Below, piece by piece: positions 28,028 through 38,428 of a stretch of 64,000 nucleotides of DNA (within the stretch, counting starts at the first letter, position 1; the number at the start of each line of letters is the position of its first letter). The position numbers and the translations under genes were made by a program. The notes beneath the pieces were generated by a model that was not told where the DNA came from, did no database searches, and saw nothing but the letters and a program-made list of their open reading frames with translations. This stretch comes from an uncultured Acidobacteriota bacterium. Lineage in GTDB: Bacteria > Acidobacteriota > Terriglobia > Acidiferrales > UBA7541. The stretch lies in contig CAWAHR010000001.1 in assembly GCA_963781995.1 (NCBI GenBank), positions 761,744-825,743 of the forward strand, written 5' to 3'.

Positions 28028-28072
28028 GTTGAGGTCCTTCGCCTATCCTTGTCGGATAGGCGAAGGATGACA
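28028..28072 (+). repeat. TGTC-tagged palindromic repeat
   Basis: gttgaggtccttcgcctatcc-ttgtc-ggataggcgaaggatgaca (perfect 14 bp stem). Confidence 0.85.
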
Positions 28073-28115
28073 AGTTTTCTATGCCGAGGGCAGCGAGAAG
28101 GAATCGCAAAGTGAT

Positions 28116-30338
28116 TTAGTTGGCGTCGACTACACAGCGGAAGCCGATGGTGGCGGCGCGGTCGCGGCTGGGGGCCATGAGCAGGAGTTTCTGGTGTTCG
28201 TCGAGGCGGTAGGTTTGGGGGAAATACCAGACAGAGCCTAGGGGTTGATAGGCGGCGGCGCCGCGGAGGATGGCGGCACGGGTGTGCTCATCGCGGAATT
28301 CGTCGGTCCACTGCGAAACGTTTCCGATGAGGTCGAGTAGGCCGAAGGGGCTGGCGCCCTGCGGGTGTGCGTCCACGTTGGCCAGCGGGGCGCGGGTGTG
28401 GCCGCGATCGGCGGCGGGAACGTTGGCAGAGTTCCAGTCGTTGCCCCAGGGATAGAGGCGCGCGTCGGTGGATTGCGCGGCGTATTGCCACTCCCATTCG
28501 TGCGGGAGGCGCTTGCCGGCCCAGGCGGCGTAGGCACGGGCGTCTTCGAGCGAGACCCAGGTGACGGGCTTGGCATCCCAGCCAGCGGGGAAATTGCCGT
28601 TCGACCAATCGCGCAGAAAATTGTGATCGTCGGCAGGATGGTAGTGGGTGGCGTCGAGGAACTGCTTGAATTGCGCGTTGGTGACGGGCGTGCGGTCGAT
28701 GTAATAGGCGTGGAGATGCAGGCGGTGGAGATGGGAACGGCGCGGAGAATTTTCCCAGGGATATTGCACGTCGACGCCGGGATCGTTGCCGCCTTCGATT
28801 TCGATGCCGCGGACGGAGAAGTCGAAATCGCCTTCGGGGATTTTGATCATGCCAGGAGGAGCGGTGGCGGCGGGTTTGGTGGGAGGAATGTCGACGATGG
28901 TTTGCGAGACGACGGACCAGGTGCGGGGATATTCGCGGAGAGATTTCTTGCGAGCGATCGGCCATGAAGGGGAGGAGTTCGCTGAGCGGCGCGGAATTAG
29001 CGTCTTCGGTGGTGGCAAGGATGGCGCCGTAACCGAGGCCTTCGAGAGAAAAGCTGAGCGTGGCCTACTGGCGCGTTGATGCTGGGGTGGAGTTCGACGC
29101 CGTGCCAGAAATCGTAATAGTGAAGGCCTGCGCGATAGGGAACGCGGAGTTGCTGGCCGTCCACGTCGAATTCGTTGCGATTGACGATGGTCCAGAGAGT
29201 GCGCTGCGAAAGAGGAAATTTGCTGGCGAAGACGCCGGATTGGAGAGTGGGCGTGTGCGGCTCCCAATCGGGGCTGCCGAGATTCGCGGCGAAGGCGCGT
29301 TCGACGCGGGTGATGCGGAGGACGACTTCGGCATCGCGCGGATTCATGGGATACCAGAAGCCCCACAGATTTTCGAGCGAGGCGTAGCCGCTGCCGTTGA
29401 AGAAGGCGTGCTGCAGACTGTCGGTTTTGTCGCGCGTGAAGCGGTCGGTGACGTTGACCATGTGGCGCGGTTCGAGCCAGCGCGTCTTGCTGACCATGGG
29501 CGTGAAGGGATACGGCACGTCTTCCCAGGTGACCCAGTCGTTCCAGCCGAGGGTGCTCCAGGCGAGGGATTCGTCGCGGATTTCGAATTGCGGTTCGAAG
29601 GCGAGGCGATGTCCGGCGGCGATGGAGGCGGCGCGAAAATCGGCGGGGACGCTTTCCAGGGTGTCGAAGTTGATGCCGTCGGCGCCAATCTCTTTCAGAA
29701 GTTGCGTGATTGCGGTCCGAGGGCGGAGTGGATTCTTCGCGGGTGCCGGAATCCCAGGCGAGGATGGGAAAAAAGACTTTCACATTGTGGCGATGAAAAT
29801 CGTTGACAAGTTTCTTGAGAGCGGGGAGGCCGCCGGGGAGATCGCGGAGGAGATCGAACTGATTGCGGTCGTCGACGCCGAGGTTGGGATAGACGTGCCA
29901 GAGGAGGACGGCGTCGATGGGGCCGAGGCGGCGCTCGGTTTCGGCGAGGAATTTTTCGGGCGTGTACTGGCGGGTTTCAGGGTCGTAGATGGAGCGGTCC
30001 CAAACGAGGAGTTGGACCTGGGAGAACGATTCGCTGGGTCCAGGCTAGATCGGGATCGCTGTAGTCGGAATCGTTCGAGACGCAGTTGCGTGCGGCGTTC
30101 TTTGCGCCAGGCTTGCATTCCGGCGAGCCAGGATGGGAAATCAGAGGGATCGGCGGGACCGGCGAAAGAAGACTTCGGAGGGCGAGGGAGGGATGGTGAG
30201 GGTCATGGTGCCGTTGGGAGCGACGAGGGCGTGGCGGGCTTTCCATTCGTCGGAGCGGAGAGGGACGGCACAGGCGAGGATGAAGATTGAGAAGAGGGCC
30301 GCCGACCAGGAACGGGTACGGCCATGAATGTGGTGCAT
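28116..30338 (-). CDS. Secreted protein with a C-terminal formylglycine-generating-enzyme (FGE-sulfatase/SUMF1) domain; several apparent frameshifts
   Basis: C-terminal YYIDRTPVTNAQF, KRLPHEWEWQYAA, LDLIGNVSQW, IGFRC. Upstream pieces (WHVYP-type region, KVFFPILAWDSGTR, LQHAFFNG) are spread over different frames. Confidence 0.7.
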
Positions 30339-30418
30339 AGGGAAGAAGAATACTCGAAGCGGGAGAGAATTCAGCGGGGGTTGGAAATGTCCAACGACAA
30401 TTTTGTGGAGGGATTTAA

Positions 30419-30463
30419 GTTGAGGTTCTTCGCGCATCCTCGTCGGACGCGCTCAGAATGACA
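30419..30463 (+). repeat. TGTC-tagged palindromic repeat
   Basis: gttgaggttcttc-gcgcatcc-tcgtc-ggacgcgc-tcagaatgaca. Confidence 0.85.
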
Positions 30464-30531
30464 GCGCCTAGCAGTGGAGGTGGCGGAGGGGCGAAAGTGG
30501 GTGGCACGGAAAACGTCTGAGGAAGAATAGA

Positions 30532-30618
30532 TGGTGCCCGAAAGAGGACTCGAACCTCCACTACCGTGAGGGAACTAGCTCCTGAAGCTAGCGCGTCTGC
30601 CAATTCCGCCATTCGGGC
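30532..30618 (-). tRNA. tRNA-Leu (anticodon CAG)
   Basis: Reverse complement GCCCGAATGGCGGAATTGGCAGACGCGCTAGC-TTCAGGA-GCTAG...GGTTCGAGTCC...TTCGGGCACCA; long variable arm, encoded CCA, 87 nt. Confidence 0.97.
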
Positions 30619-30753
30619 ACAGTAGCAAGGACTAAAGATGCAGGACTTAGTTTGGGGCGGGGAAGGTGCGTTTGTCAACGAAAGGGCGACCCGACGAAGG
30701 GCCGCCCTGGAATTGCCGGTGTAAGCTGGTGTCCCAGCTTTTGTTAGCGATTC

Positions 30754-31230
30754 CTATATCTTGTCGTAGACCGCCGAACTGGTCGTTGCTCGGCCGGCTC
30801 CGTCTGTACCCTGTGCCGTAACCGTCGTGACTTTCCCATCCTTGGAGATTTCGCTCTTGGATGTTCCAATCACCTTGCCGGCTTTTGTCAAAGTGGCTTC
30901 AAACGTGTTGGCGTCGGTCCGCTTAATCGTGATGGCATCCGCTCCCCCCGGCATTGAACCAGTGATCGGAGATTCCTTGCCGTCAAACGCAACCGTAAAG
31001 CTATAAGCGACGCCGGTGCCTTCCGCGCTGACACCCTCGAAGCTATACTTAACGTTGTCGCCCTGTGCCTCAAGCGTGCGCGTCAGGCTCTTTGGTGCCG
31101 GCCCTGGATTATATTTTGATTTCTCAACATTGAGCTTCCATGTTCCTACTGCTGGATTGCTTTGCGCGAATGCTGGAGCGCAAGCAACTGCAACCAAAGC
31201 AAGAATAGAGGCAAATTTCAACAATCGCAT
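30754..31230 (-). CDS. Secreted hypothetical protein (lipocalin-like beta protein)
   Basis: Signal peptide, VGTWKLNVEKSKY motif, AGGAG RBS. Confidence 0.75.
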   Translation of the reverse strand: MRLLKFASILALVAVACAPAFAQSNPAVGTWKLNVEKSKYNPGPAPKSLTRTLEAQGDNVKYSFEGVSAEGTGVAYSFTVAFDGKESPITGSMPGGADAITIKRTDANTFEATLTKAGKVIGTSKSEISKDGKVTTVTAQGTDGAGRATTSSAVYDKI

Positions 31231-31694
31231 GATGTTTCTCCTTAAGTCCTATCAGATACTTCGGCTAGTCATTCCAATGAGGTGAGAGGCGAGAGGAGAG
31301 ACACATTCCGGGCCAGGCATGGATTCCGACTAAATCTCTCTTTCTCACGATCCACCCCTACCCTAAGGATTTTCTAACCCCCTGCCTATCCTCTTTGACA
31401 CAGTTCCGCAATAATCTTCCTGGTGGGCAATGGGCCGTGGAAAAGGGTGTTCATGACGGCGATTCATCCCCTGGAACTCGGCGATTTGACCACCGAGTGG
31501 CCGATTCCTACCCTCCGTCCTCTACTTCCTTATCAACGCGGTTACCGGAAATTGACCAGCTACCCCACCAGGGGTAGGCGGGGGTTCCGTTAGGACCGGG
31601 CGACTAGCATTCCCAAGCCAGAGTGCTATACTCCGCCTGAAATGCCTGCCTACAGTCGAGGGCAGGCACCGGACGGGTTCCAACGGAGGTTGCA

Positions 31695-31988
31695 ATGGAC
31701 GCCATGGAATCGGCGTTTTCGGGGCCACTGCTGTATCTTCTGATCGTCTGGGGAGTTGTGACCGCCATCTTTCTGCTTTTGATTGCGTGGCGTAGCGTGC
31801 TCTCCAGCCATGAAGACGATCAGATCTTCATCGACGCAGCCGAAGAACATATGGCCAGAGAGCAGCGCGAACTGATCAAGAAGATCGAGTCGCTGGGGAA
31901 GCCGCTGATGATGAGCGGGATCACCTCGGGCGTGCTGCTGCTGGTGATTGCCGGGATGTTTGTGTACCACGGGCTGAAGAACTTCTAG
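31695..31988 (+). CDS. Small two-TM membrane protein
   Basis: GGAGG RBS; two hydrophobic helices around HEDDQIFID. Confidence 0.75.
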   Translation: MDAMESAFSGPLLYLLIVWGVVTAIFLLLIAWRSVLSSHEDDQIFIDAAEEHMAREQRELIKKIESLGKPLMMSGITSGVLLLVIAGMFVYHGLKNF

Positions 31989-32024
31989 CCGCGGAGCGCG
32001 GCGAATTCAGGGGCCGGTGGCGGC

Positions 32025-32598
32025 TCAGGACTTTGCGGGTGTAGCCGCAGGTGGTTGTGTTGCGGAGCCGTTCGCCTGAGAAGCCTGGATCAATGAAGTG
32101 TGATTGTGAACGATGAGCCACGACATCGTTGCGTTTTTCAAAGACCAAGTGTGGTCTGCCCGAAGGCCGAAGTCGGAACTCCATCCACCACGGCTGAAAA
32201 TTCCCATTGATAACAGGCCCAGGCCGAGGTGCCGCCCGGCGCCAGGCGGATCAGAGTGTTGCTGCGGTCCAGGCGAACCTGCTGGGAGCGGGCGCGCTGC
32301 GATTGATAGCTCAGCAGATAGTTCGGCCAGCCGACCACGGGCGGAGCCCACATGCCGTTGACGACGTCCACATCGTCGGCGTAATGCGCGTGAAGCTTTT
32401 CGATGTCGCCGAGCTGCCAGGCGCCGAGCATTTCGCCGATGGCGTTGTCGAGTTTCTGCTCGTCGGGGAGCTGGACGACGGGCGTAGGCGTGCGCGGAGG
32501 TATCGTCTTTCTTCTTTTTCTTTTGCGCGGAGGCGGTGGAGGCCAGGCCAGGGTGAGAAGCAGTAAAAGAGTAAAAGAATGGGCGCGGCGGGCAACAT
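32025..32598 (-). CDS. NTF2/SnoaL-like secreted protein; apparent frameshifts
   Basis: AWQLGDIEKLHAHYADD...WACYQWEF...GQTTL continues in another frame as WLIVHNHTS; start uncertain. Confidence 0.65.
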
Positions 32599-32899
32599 GG
32601 ATTGCTGGAAGGTCTTTCCGGAAGATTTCATGCTTCGATTCACTCTCCAAAAATTTAGGCGCTTCCGTTTGCGTTTCGAATGAGAGAAGCGCGGAAAACG
32701 GCGTTGTGCTGGACAGAAGAGAGCATAACGCAGCGCAAAGGACGCGGCGTTGGTGCTTGTGTCCAGTTGGTTTACTGAGGTTCGCTGTGATCGTATTTGT
32801 AAGGGCGGCGTTCTGAGGCTGTCGGTTTTTTGTTTGAGTGGGTGGTGGTGGCACAGCGGCCCGTCCGCCGCGGCGGACGGGTTCTACATGAAGCGTGAA

Positions 32900-33013
32900 T
32901 GTCATCCTGAGACTATCCGATGAGGATAGCCGAAGGATCTCAACGTTTGAATTTTGCACGATGGTTTCGATGAGATCCCTCGGGCCGCAAACGACGTGGC
33001 CCTCAGGATGACA
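32900..33013. repeat. Inverted pair of TGTC-tagged repeats (BIME-like)
   Basis: 32900-32944 on the minus strand and 32971-33013 on the plus strand. Confidence 0.85.
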
Positions 33014-33061
33014 ATGTTTTATTTTGGGTGACGGATGACGATGCGCAGTTCGAAAGCTTAG

Positions 33062-35581
33062 TCAGCGCGCGGATTGTGAGGCGCTGAGTAGATTGACGAA
33101 GAGGCGATAGGCGCCGGGGACGCCTTCGGGGAGTTCGCGGAAGAAGGCCAGGCCGGTGTAGATGTAGACGCCTTTGCCGAGATGCGTGTAGACGAGGCCG
33201 CCGTTGAGATCGCTTTCGCCGGGATCGTGCATGGAGAGGAGCGGGGTGTATTTGCGAATCGAAGTCGCTCCAGTAGTAGAGGCCGCGTTCCTGGACCCAG
33301 TTCTTGAAATCGTCGGGGGTGATTTTGTTGGGCCGTTCAGCAGCGGGTCGTCGGGCTTGAGGAATTTTACTTCGGCGTTTTCGTCGGTGATGCGCGGCGT
33401 GGGATTGCCGATGGTGGCGTGATAGGGAGCGGGCAGGAATTTTGTTCCAGATGAAGTCGCGATTGTACTGGACGACGAGCGTGCCGCCGTTCGAGACGTA
33501 GTCGAGCAGGCGCTTGTTGGCGCTCGCGAGTTCGGGGCGGAGTTCGTAGGCGCGGACACCGACGACGATGGCAGTGTATTTCGAGAGGTCGCCGAAGGTG
33601 AGAGCGTTGGCGTCGAGCATTTCGACGTTGATGCCGAGACGGTTGAGGGCGTCCGGAATCGGTTCGCCTTCGGCGGAGATGTAGCCGACGCGGAGATTGG
33701 CGGGAACGTTGATGTCGAAGGCGTGGACGACGGTTTGCGCAGGCTCGCTCCAGAGAATGGTGGGCATGGTGGGAAGTGGTTCAAGCGAGGTGGAGAATTT
33801 TTCGTCGCCGCGCTTAGCGTAGGCGGTGATGGTGAAGTTGCCGGGCGCAAGCTTGGCGGGTGGGGTGACGGTGAGTTTGGCGTATTGGTCGCCGATGCCG
33901 TCGAACGAGAGTTCGACGAGGCCGCTGGCGGTGAATCCGTCGGGAGTGTCGAGGCCGACGGAAACCTTGGCGGATTTCGTGGAATAGGAGTGGACGCGCA
34001 GAAAATACGTCGAAGGGTTTGTGCGTGGCAGAGAGAACTTCGATGGCTCTGAGTCGGTTCGACGGCGATGGTATAAGCAGGAACGATACGCAACGGAACC
34101 CTGCTTACCTGCGTGGAGGTCGTCGCTATGCTCGTGACGGGGAACGGTCGGTAGATCTCTGTCCCGGCGGTCACGTTACCACCAACTCCTTGCATGACCT
34201 CCAGAAGAGGGCGAGATTCGGGTAGCAGGCGCTCCAAAAGGGACGGATCAGCGGAAGAACTCTGAACTTCAACCGAGTAGTCTTGTACTGTGTCGGAGGC
34301 TTCTTTCTGTTGAATCCTGATACCCTTCGGTACCAAAAGGAAGCCTACCCTAGGACACTCGATGCCGCTGCGACACCGCTGAGTGATGCGCACTCCGAAG
34401 CTCTCTCCCAACACAATGTCCGGTTTGTCAGCAATTGCATCAACTTGCAATCCGTCCACCAATCCTTGGGCGGTCACAACGTGACTCCGTATGTCTTGCA
34501 GGGAAGTTTGAAAACGCTCTGGCAACTTGAGCTTTGGTGGACGGATATCTCCAGGCAATAGCTCTGTTAAGTCCGCTTGGGCCTGCTTCAGCGATTTGGA
34601 AGCCTTGATCCAATTCAGTTCCAAAGCAGCTTGCCTTGCCTCAGACAGTTTGACGTCGGCGAGCTTCAAGTTTTCGCAAAGCTTAGGATTCTTGTCGCAA
34701 CCAATGGATTGCGCGAACGCAACGAGGTTCTGGTTGAGTGTGGCGGGATCGAGCTTGCTGCCGTCCTCGGGGATGAGGGCGAGGGGGCGGCGCAGGAATG
34801 GGGAGCTGAGGAAGGCGGATATACCCTGGCTGCGGTGGTTGCTGAATGCATCGATGCCGATTTCGCGGTAGGACTTTCCGTAGAGAGGTGAGACTTCGTC
34901 GACCGGCAGGATGTAGCCCTTGGGATTGTCGGTGCCGCGCTCGACGTCGAGGATCTGCACGCCCGCGCCGTTGTTGTTCCACGCGGGGAAGTTTGCATCG
35001 GCGAGATACTTGGCATCGGCGGCGAGTTTCACGGCTTTCGGCGTCCAGAGGCCGGAAGTTTGGTGATGGCCATGGCCGGTGTGGACGCCGCCCCAGCCGT
35101 TGATGACGATGTTGGGGCGGAATTCGCGGATGACGCGGACCATGTCTTCCATGACGGGGTCGCCCCAGATTTTTTCGGTTTCTTCGGGCGTTTTGGAAAA
35201 GCCGAAATCTTTGGCGCGGGTGAAATAAAGTTTGACGCCGTAGCCGCGGGTGGCGGCGAGAAGTTCCTGGGTGCGGATGAGGCCGAGCTGCGGAGCTTGT
35301 TCGGGGCCGAGCGCGTTCTGGCCGCCTTCGCCGCGGGTGAGGGAGAGCAGGGCGACGTCGGCGTGCAGGCCGCGGGCGAGATAGGTGAGGGCGGCGGCGG
35401 ATTCGTCGTCGGGATGCGCGGTGATGTAGAGGATGCGGGTGGTGACGCGGGCGGCGTCGATGGCTTCGATGGTTTCGGGGAGGCCGGGGCCCGTGCCGGG
35501 GGCGGGAGGAAATTGGGCGTGCGTTGCGGACGAGAAGAGCGCAGTTGCGAGTAAGAGTGTTGCCAGGCAGATGCGGTTCAA
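33062..35581 (-). CDS. PIG-L/LmbE-family deacetylase with C-terminal accessory domains; compensating frameshifts near 33.25-34.0 kb
   Basis: ILYITAHPDDES, LTRGEGGQN, RAKDFGFSK, HGHHQ; C-terminal YTGLAFFRELPEGVPGAYRLFVNL. TTG start at 35581 follows a GGAGG RBS. Confidence 0.8.
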   Translation of the reverse strand: MNRICLATLLLATALFSSATHAQFPPAPGTGPGLPETIEAIDAARVTTRILYITAHPDDESAAALTYLARGLHADVALLSLTRGEGGQNALGPEQAPQLGLIRTQELLAATRGYGVKLYFTRAKDFGFSKTPEETEKIWGDPVMEDMVRVIREFRPNIVINGWGGVHTGHGHHQTSGLWTPKAVKLAADAKYLADANFPAWNNNGAGVQILDVERGTDNPKGYILPVDEVSPLYGKSYREIGIDAFSNHRSQGISAFLSSPFLRRPLALIPEDGSKLDPATLNQNLVAFAQSIGCDKNPKLCENLKLADVKLSEARQAALELNWIKASKSLKQAQADLTELLPGDIRPPKLKLPERFQTSLQDIRSHVVTAQGLVDGLQVDAIADKPDIVLGESFGVRITQRCRSGIECPRVGFLLVPKGIRIQQKEASDTVQDYSVEVQSSSADPSLLERLLPESRPLLEVMQGVGGNVTAGTEIYRPFPVTSIATTSTQVSRVPLRIVPAYTIAVEPTQSHRSSLCHAQTLRRIFCASTPIPRNPPRFPSASTLPTDSPPAASSNSRSTASATNTPNSPSPHPPSLRPATSPSPPTLSAATKNSPPRLNHFPPCPPFSGASLRKPSSTPSTSTFPPISASATSPPKANRFRTPSTVSASTSKCSTPTLSPSATSRNTLPSSSVSAPTNSAPNSRAPTSACSTTSRTAARSSSSTIATSSGTKFLPAPYHATIGNPTPRITDENAEVKFLKPDDPLLNGPTKSPPTISRTGSRNAASTTGATSIRKYTPLLSMHDPGESDLNGGLVYTHLGKGVYIYTGLAFFRELPEGVPGAYRLFVNLLSASQSAR

Positions 35582-35613
35582 ATGGCCTCCCTGATTGGCC
35601 GATAGTGTTAGAA

Positions 35614-35658
35614 GTTGAGGTCCTTCGAGCATCCTTATCGGATGCTCTCAGGATGACA
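35614..35658 (+). repeat. TGTC-tagged palindromic repeat
   Basis: gttgaggtccttc-gagcatcc-ttatc-ggatgctc-tcaggatgaca. Confidence 0.85.
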
Positions 35659-35672
35659 AATTGTGCATGTCG

Positions 35673-37064
35673 CTAGCCGGTCGCCGAACGCTGATCGATT
35701 GCCGGGGCGAAGGGCCATTCTCTCATTTCATGGGCGCGAATCAGAAATGCAGTGGCGCCCAGGGCGATTTCCAGCAGGCCCCACTTGCGGGCCGGGCCGG
35801 TCTGCCAGAAAAGCCAGGCCCAGCCGCACATCGTGAGCACCGCAGGCACTGGATAAAGCCACATCTTAAATGGCAGCCTTTCCGAGCCCAGGCGGTGGCG
35901 CAGCAGCATTACTCCAACGGCCTGGCCGATGAACTGCACGATCAGGCGCATGGCGAGAATGCCGGCGATGGCGGTTTCCAGTTTCAAGAATAATGCTGAA
36001 AAGGAACGCCAGCGCCCCGAGTATTAGCAAGCGAAATATGGGGAAAATGTTTCGTCGGATGTACCTTGGCGAAGACGGGGAAGAAATTGCCGTCAAGCGC
36101 GGCGGAATAGGGCACGCGGGAGTAGCCGAGGAGCAGAGAAAAGACGGAGGCCATGGCGATCCAGAGAACCATCCAGGTGACGAAGTGGGCCGCGCCGGAG
36201 CCATAGAGGCGCTCAACGAACAGGCTGGCGATGAACGGGGAGTTTTGTGCTTCGCGCCAGGGGACGACACCGAGAAGGCTGGTCTGCATGGCGAGATACA
36301 GAACGGTGATGCCGAGGATGGAAAGGAAAATGCCGCGCGGAATATTTTTTTCGGGATTGCGAATTTCGCCGCCTAGATGGCAGATGTTGTAGTAGCCCCA
36401 GTAGCTGTAAACGGTGTTGATCATGGCGGCGCCGAGTCCGGCGAACCAGATCGAAGAGAGATGAAACGCGCCGGGAGGAAAATCGAAAGCGAGTTTGGGA
36501 TCGAAGTGGCGAATGCCGCCCCAGATGAGCCAGAGCATGGTGCCGACCACGCCGAGCCAGAGGAGAACGGAAATTTTTCCAATGGTGGTGATTTTCCGGT
36601 AGAGGAGAATGACGAGAAAAATCACCAGGCTGCCGGAGATGGCTTTGGCCTGCCAGCAGCGTGAGCGGATGGAGATATCCAGCATAGCGCGCGAAGCCGA
36701 TGGAAGCGGAAGCTACGGAGAGCGGGGCCTGGACGAAGGTTTGCCAGACGAAGAGGAAGGACATCAGGCGTCCCCAGCGGCCGGGGCCGTAGGCTTCGCG
36801 AAGAAACACGTAGGTGCCGCCGGCTTTGGGCATGGCGGCGCCGAGTTCGGACCAGACGAAGCCGTCGAGCGTGGCAAGCAGCGCGCCGGCCAGCCACGCG
36901 ACGAGGGCTTGCGGGCCGCCCATGGCTTTGATGACCAGGGAGCTGACGACGAACGGGCCGATGCCGACGATCTCGATCATGTTCAGGGCGACGGCTTCCT
37001 TGAGGCCGAGGCCGCGCTCGAGGGCGGGCTGAGTTTCAGGGAGTTGGGAGGATGAAGTGGACAT
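35673..37064 (-). CDS. APC-family amino acid permease; apparent frameshifts near 36660 and 35990
   Basis: NMIEIVGIGPF, SELGAAMPKAGGTYVFLREAYG, YSYWGYYNICHLGGEI, YSRVPYSAALDG across three frames. Confidence 0.8.
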
Positions 37065-37245
37065 GCGCAGCGAGAATAACAAAAGGGCGGGAATCCTCCT
37101 ACGGAGAGGACGGAGGAAGAATTAGGAGCGTAACGCCGGACTTGTGCGGCGGCGAATTCAGGGCAGGAGGGCTTGCCGGGCTGCAGCCCCGCGCCTACAC
37201 TGCTGATTTGGAGAGCGCAGGCCCGCCACGGCTTTCCTTTCAATC

Positions 37246-38208
37246 ATGAAAAGAATTCTCACTTCGCTAGTGCTGGGCGTGTGTGCGCTGCTGCTGGCGC
37301 CGCGCGATTGCGTGGCGGGCAATCTTTCCCTGCCTCCAGCCACCGCGGGGATTTTGGAGCACATTTATTCGGGTCGCGGCGACCTGGCGATTCCCGAGGC
37401 GCAGGCGATGCAAACGGAGTTGCCGAAGAATCCGCTGGGATATTTGCTGGAAGCGGAGGCGCGATGGTGGGATATCTGGTGCTTGTCGGCGGAATACAAG
37501 TATGGGATGTCGTTGCCGCGGCACCGAGAAAAGCTGCCCACGGACCAGGAATATTTGAATCTGGTAGCGAGAGCGGAGGCGCTGGCGACGGCCAGCCTGA
37601 GGCAACACGAATCGGCGGAGATGCGCCTGTACGCGGGGATGGCGGAGGCGCTGGCATCACGCATGTATGGTTTGCGAGCGGAAAACCGTGCGGGGGCGCG
37701 CGCAGGGGTGCGTGCAAGAGAACATTTGCTGCGTGCGCTGGCGCTTGATCCCGGGCTCTACGATGCGGACACGGGCCTGGGTCTGTACAACTATTATGTG
37801 GACACGCTTTCGGGTTTGGCGAAAGTGCTGCGTTTTTTCATGGGCATTCCCGGCGGATCAAAGGAGGAGGGCATCCGGCAATTGCAGTTGGCCATGGAGC
37901 ACGGGCAACTGACTCCGGCGCTGGCGCGATTTTACCTTGCGGTGTGCCTGCACAATTACGATCTGAAATACGAACAGGCATTGCAGGTGGCTGAGCCTCT
38001 GGTGGAAAAGTATCCGGAGAATGCGATATTCCGGCTGGTGCGCGGCGACCTGTATGCGAAGCTGGGAAGAAAGGCTCTGGCGATTGCGGATTATCGCGCG
38101 GCAGCGGGCGAACCGCTAACCGATCCGGCATGCCGGAGGAAGATCGCGCAGCTTGCGCGGGAGTCCCTGGCGGCGCAGGGAATGGGGGCAGGAGCCGCGG
38201 CGGAGTAG
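37246..38208 (+). CDS. Secreted TPR protein
   Basis: Signal peptide, TPR-like repeats, DADTGLGLYNYY. Confidence 0.75.
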   Translation: MKRILTSLVLGVCALLLAPRDCVAGNLSLPPATAGILEHIYSGRGDLAIPEAQAMQTELPKNPLGYLLEAEARWWDIWCLSAEYKYGMSLPRHREKLPTDQEYLNLVARAEALATASLRQHESAEMRLYAGMAEALASRMYGLRAENRAGARAGVRAREHLLRALALDPGLYDADTGLGLYNYYVDTLSGLAKVLRFFMGIPGGSKEEGIRQLQLAMEHGQLTPALARFYLAVCLHNYDLKYEQALQVAEPLVEKYPENAIFRLVRGDLYAKLGRKALAIADYRAAAGEPLTDPACRRKIAQLARESLAAQGMGAGAAAE

Positions 38209-38428
38209 CCAGGTGAGTCGGCGCTTTGAGTGCGGGGCGGCCTGGGTCATAATATGGGGCTGGGTTTGTGGGCAGCAGTTGGGTAGCCGGGCTCCGGGGG
38301 AACCTGTGGGGTCCGGTCAACGCGGCCACGCTATTTCGCATCTCAACCCAATCAGTCAGGCGAAGTGCTTTTCTCCCTGGATGGCGGAGAATCGGACGCA
38401 CACGTTAGTGTCGGGTGAAGGAGTATCC

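Noticed and set aside
30532-31690. tRNA-Leu as a prophage or ICE integration site
   Set aside because: I saw no integrase and no duplicated tRNA 3' end in the window.
38210-38428. Cyclic-di-GMP riboswitch before the IPT lipoprotein
   Set aside because: Only a short ggtagccgggct resemblance; the GNRA-loop and GCAAA elements of the class I aptamer are missing.
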